NCBI RefSeq assembly: GCF_006345805.1
Contig: NW_021833876.1
Span: 1-53,814, forward strand
Reading direction: 5' to 3'
From: Octopus sinensis
Taxonomy: Eukaryota
Length of the DNA: 53,814 nucleotides
Below, in pieces: positions 51,258 to 53,814 of this stretch. Each line of letters begins with the position of its first letter. Position 1 is the stretch's first letter. A program made the position numbers and the translations under genes. The notes under the pieces were generated by a model. That model saw only the letters and a list, made by a program, of their open reading frames with translations. It was not told the origin of the DNA and searched no databases.

Positions 51258-51477
51258 CTCTTTCATTACTGTATTTATTTTGAGATGCTCTGTGTTTCTT
51301 TCAATTACTTTAAATATAACAAAGAATTTAGTAAAATAACTTAGTTATCAATAAGCTAGTGTTAGGAACATAAACTGTGACTAAAGTTTGGTGGAGGATT
51401 TTAATTCAAAACTTATGAAAACAAGATATTTGTACTCAGTGCCAGAGCCGGTTTCAGCCGGGCTGGTAAAGAAAGGG
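51258..51477 (+). mobile_element. Second piggyBac-type MITE family
   Basis: TTAA|CTCTTTC...GAAAGGG|TTAA. Confidence 0.75.
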
Positions 51478-51599
51478 TTAATGCATTGACTGTAGTTACA
51501 GCTGCAATAGTATTTTTACGTTGCAGCATCAACTATGGTTGTCACAATATTAGTATGAGCTAATGCACTAACTGTATTAGCTGCTACGAGAGAATGGAA

Positions 51600-52430
51600 T
51601 ACATCATTGAGTGCAGCAGATGCAGTGACATTATGGGATACAACTGCACTTACAGCATGAGTCACGGCATCCACTGCAGAAGCTGCACTAGCAGTATGAG
51701 CTATAACATCAACTGCACTGATAACTGCAATGACAGTATGTGATGCAATACTGAGTGCAGCAGATGCAGTGATGGCATTGCATACAATAACAACTGCAAT
51801 AACAGCATGGGATAACTACAGCAGCTGCACTAGCAGCATGAGCTATAACATCAACTGCACTAATAACGGCAATGACAGTATGTAATGCAATACTGAGTGC
51901 AGCAGATGCAGAGACTGCATTGCATACAATAACAACTGCAATAACAGCATGGGGTAACTGCAGCAGCTGCAATAGCAGTGCGTGTTATAACATCAACTGC
52001 ACTGATAACTGCAATGGCAGTATGTGATGCAATACTGAGTGCAGCAGATGCAGTGATGGCATTGCATACAATAACAACTGCAATAACAGCATGGGATAAC
52101 TGCAGCAGCTGCAATAGCAGTGTGTGATATAACATCAACTGCACTAATAACTGCAATGATAGTATGTGATGCAATACTGAGTGCAGCAGATGCAGTGACA
52201 GCATTGCATACAATAACAACTGCAATAACAACATGTGTAACTGCAGCAGCTGCAATAGCAGTGCGTTTTATAACATCAACTGCACTAATAACTGCAATGA
52301 CAGTATGTGATGCAATACTGAGTGCAGCAGATGCAGAGACGGCATTGAATACAATAACAACTGCAATAACAGCATGGGGTAACTGCAGCAGCTGCAATAG
52401 CATGTGTGCTATAACATCAAGTGCATCAGT
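51600..52430. repeat. ~142-bp tandem repeat, about 6 copies
   Basis: GCAGCAGATGCAG at 51613, 51757, 51899, 52041, 52183, 52324. Confidence 0.9.
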
Positions 52431-52849
52431 AGCTGCAATATAAGCTGCAATCATGAGTAAAAGTTGTAACTGAAGCAATAGCAGTATTGGTAGTATGAGT
52501 TGCAGCATCAGCCAAAAAAGACAGTATAGGCTACAGCATGAATTGCATCAGTTGCAACAAAACAGCAACTACAACAACAGTTGTATAGTCAACGTCAGTC
52601 CTACCTTGTCAAGGAAGCAATCAAACTCTTAATAGAAGCAGCATCAGTAGCAGCAAAAGCAGCAGGCGGTAGTAGTAGTAGTAGTAGTAGTAGTAATTGT
52701 AGTATTAGTAGTAGTAGTAACAGCAGCAGCAGTAGTAGTAGCTACATTACTTCTGCTCCCGCTATTACTTTGCATTATATGTAGTAACAGAAATATTATC
52801 ATCACCAGTTGTAGTAGCAGCTAGAGCACAACAGCAGCAGCAGCTGCAA

Positions 52850-52881
<32 letters not shown>

Positions 52882-52907
52882 CTACGGCTATTATTACTAA
52901 TACTGAT

Positions 52908-53265
52908 AAGGCAGCAAGCTGGCAGAACTGTTAGCACGCCGGGCAAAGTGCTTAGCAGTATTTTGTCTGCTGCTACATTCTGAGTTCAAATTCCACAGAG
53001 AATCGACGTGGCGTTTCATCCTTTCGAGGGGTCGATTAAATAAGTACCAGTTACGCACTGGGGTCAATATAATCGACTTAATCCATTTGTCCTCTCTGTG
53101 TTTAGCCCCTTGTGGGTAGTAAAGAAGTAGGTATTTCGTCTGCCACTACGTTCTGAGTTCAAATTCCGCAGAGAGTCAACTTGGCCTTTCATCCTTTTTT
53201 AGGGGTTGATTAAATAAGTACCAGTTTCGCACTTGGGTCGATGTAATCGACTTAATCCCATCCCC
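52908..53265 (+). mobile_element. SINE B tandem pair
   Basis: Joined at AAAGAAGTA|GGTATTTCGTC. Confidence 0.85.
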
Positions 53266-53326
53266 CCAAATTCGAGGCATTGCACTTCCAGTAGAATAAA
53301 TTACTACTACTACTACTACTACTACA

Positions 53327-53368
<42 letters not shown>

Positions 53369-53589
53369 GCTATTGTTGCTGTTGCTACTGTTGCCATACT
53401 ACTTGCATTAGGGGTAGTAATAGTAATTTTCTCATCATCATCATCATCATCATCATCATCTGCAGAAGTAGCAGAGGTAGTAGTTGCAACAGCAGCAGCT
53501 GCAGTAGTAGTAGTAGTAGCAGCAGCAGCAGTAGTAGTAGTAGTAACAGCAGCAGCAGCAGTAGTAGTAGTAGTAGTAATAGTAGCAGC

Positions 53590-53622
<33 letters not shown>

Positions 53623-53814
53623 TATACAGAAAGACATATCAATCTTAATACAAATTTTACCCTCACAATAATTATTCTCATTCTCTCTCTCTGCATTCTC
53701 TCTCTGTGCATCTTCACAGCGCCAACCAACCAACGTCTTGCCAGGTTTCCATAGTTTTTTTCTCTCTTCCATACTAAAACATATATTCCTGACCAAACAA
53801 TGTCCAAAAGAAGA

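Overview
Eukaryotic, AT-rich, repeat-saturated genomic DNA. The SINE families and microsatellite load look like Octopus or another coleoid cephalopod (recognised from memory, not from a search). I cannot support any intact host protein-coding gene: almost every supplied ORF comes from microsatellites or SINEs, and only weak micro-exon candidates exist. The window holds four tRNA-derived SINE families (about 40 copies or fragments), a nearly colinear but dead 5'-truncated Tx1/L1-clade LINE plus a second 3' fragment, three stacked R4/Dong-clade 3' ends in TAA tracts, and CR1, RTE, Gypsy, mariner, Chapaev-like, piggyBac-MITE and Helitron remnants. It also has Penelope-type fragments with decayed hammerhead motifs, two long near-perfect palindromes and several minisatellites. 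The most interesting coherent signal is a set of sequence-targeted retroposons: a SINE whose 3' tail matches the Tx1 LINE 3' end and which inserts next to GGT(A), and R4/Dong elements that stack in (TAA)n.
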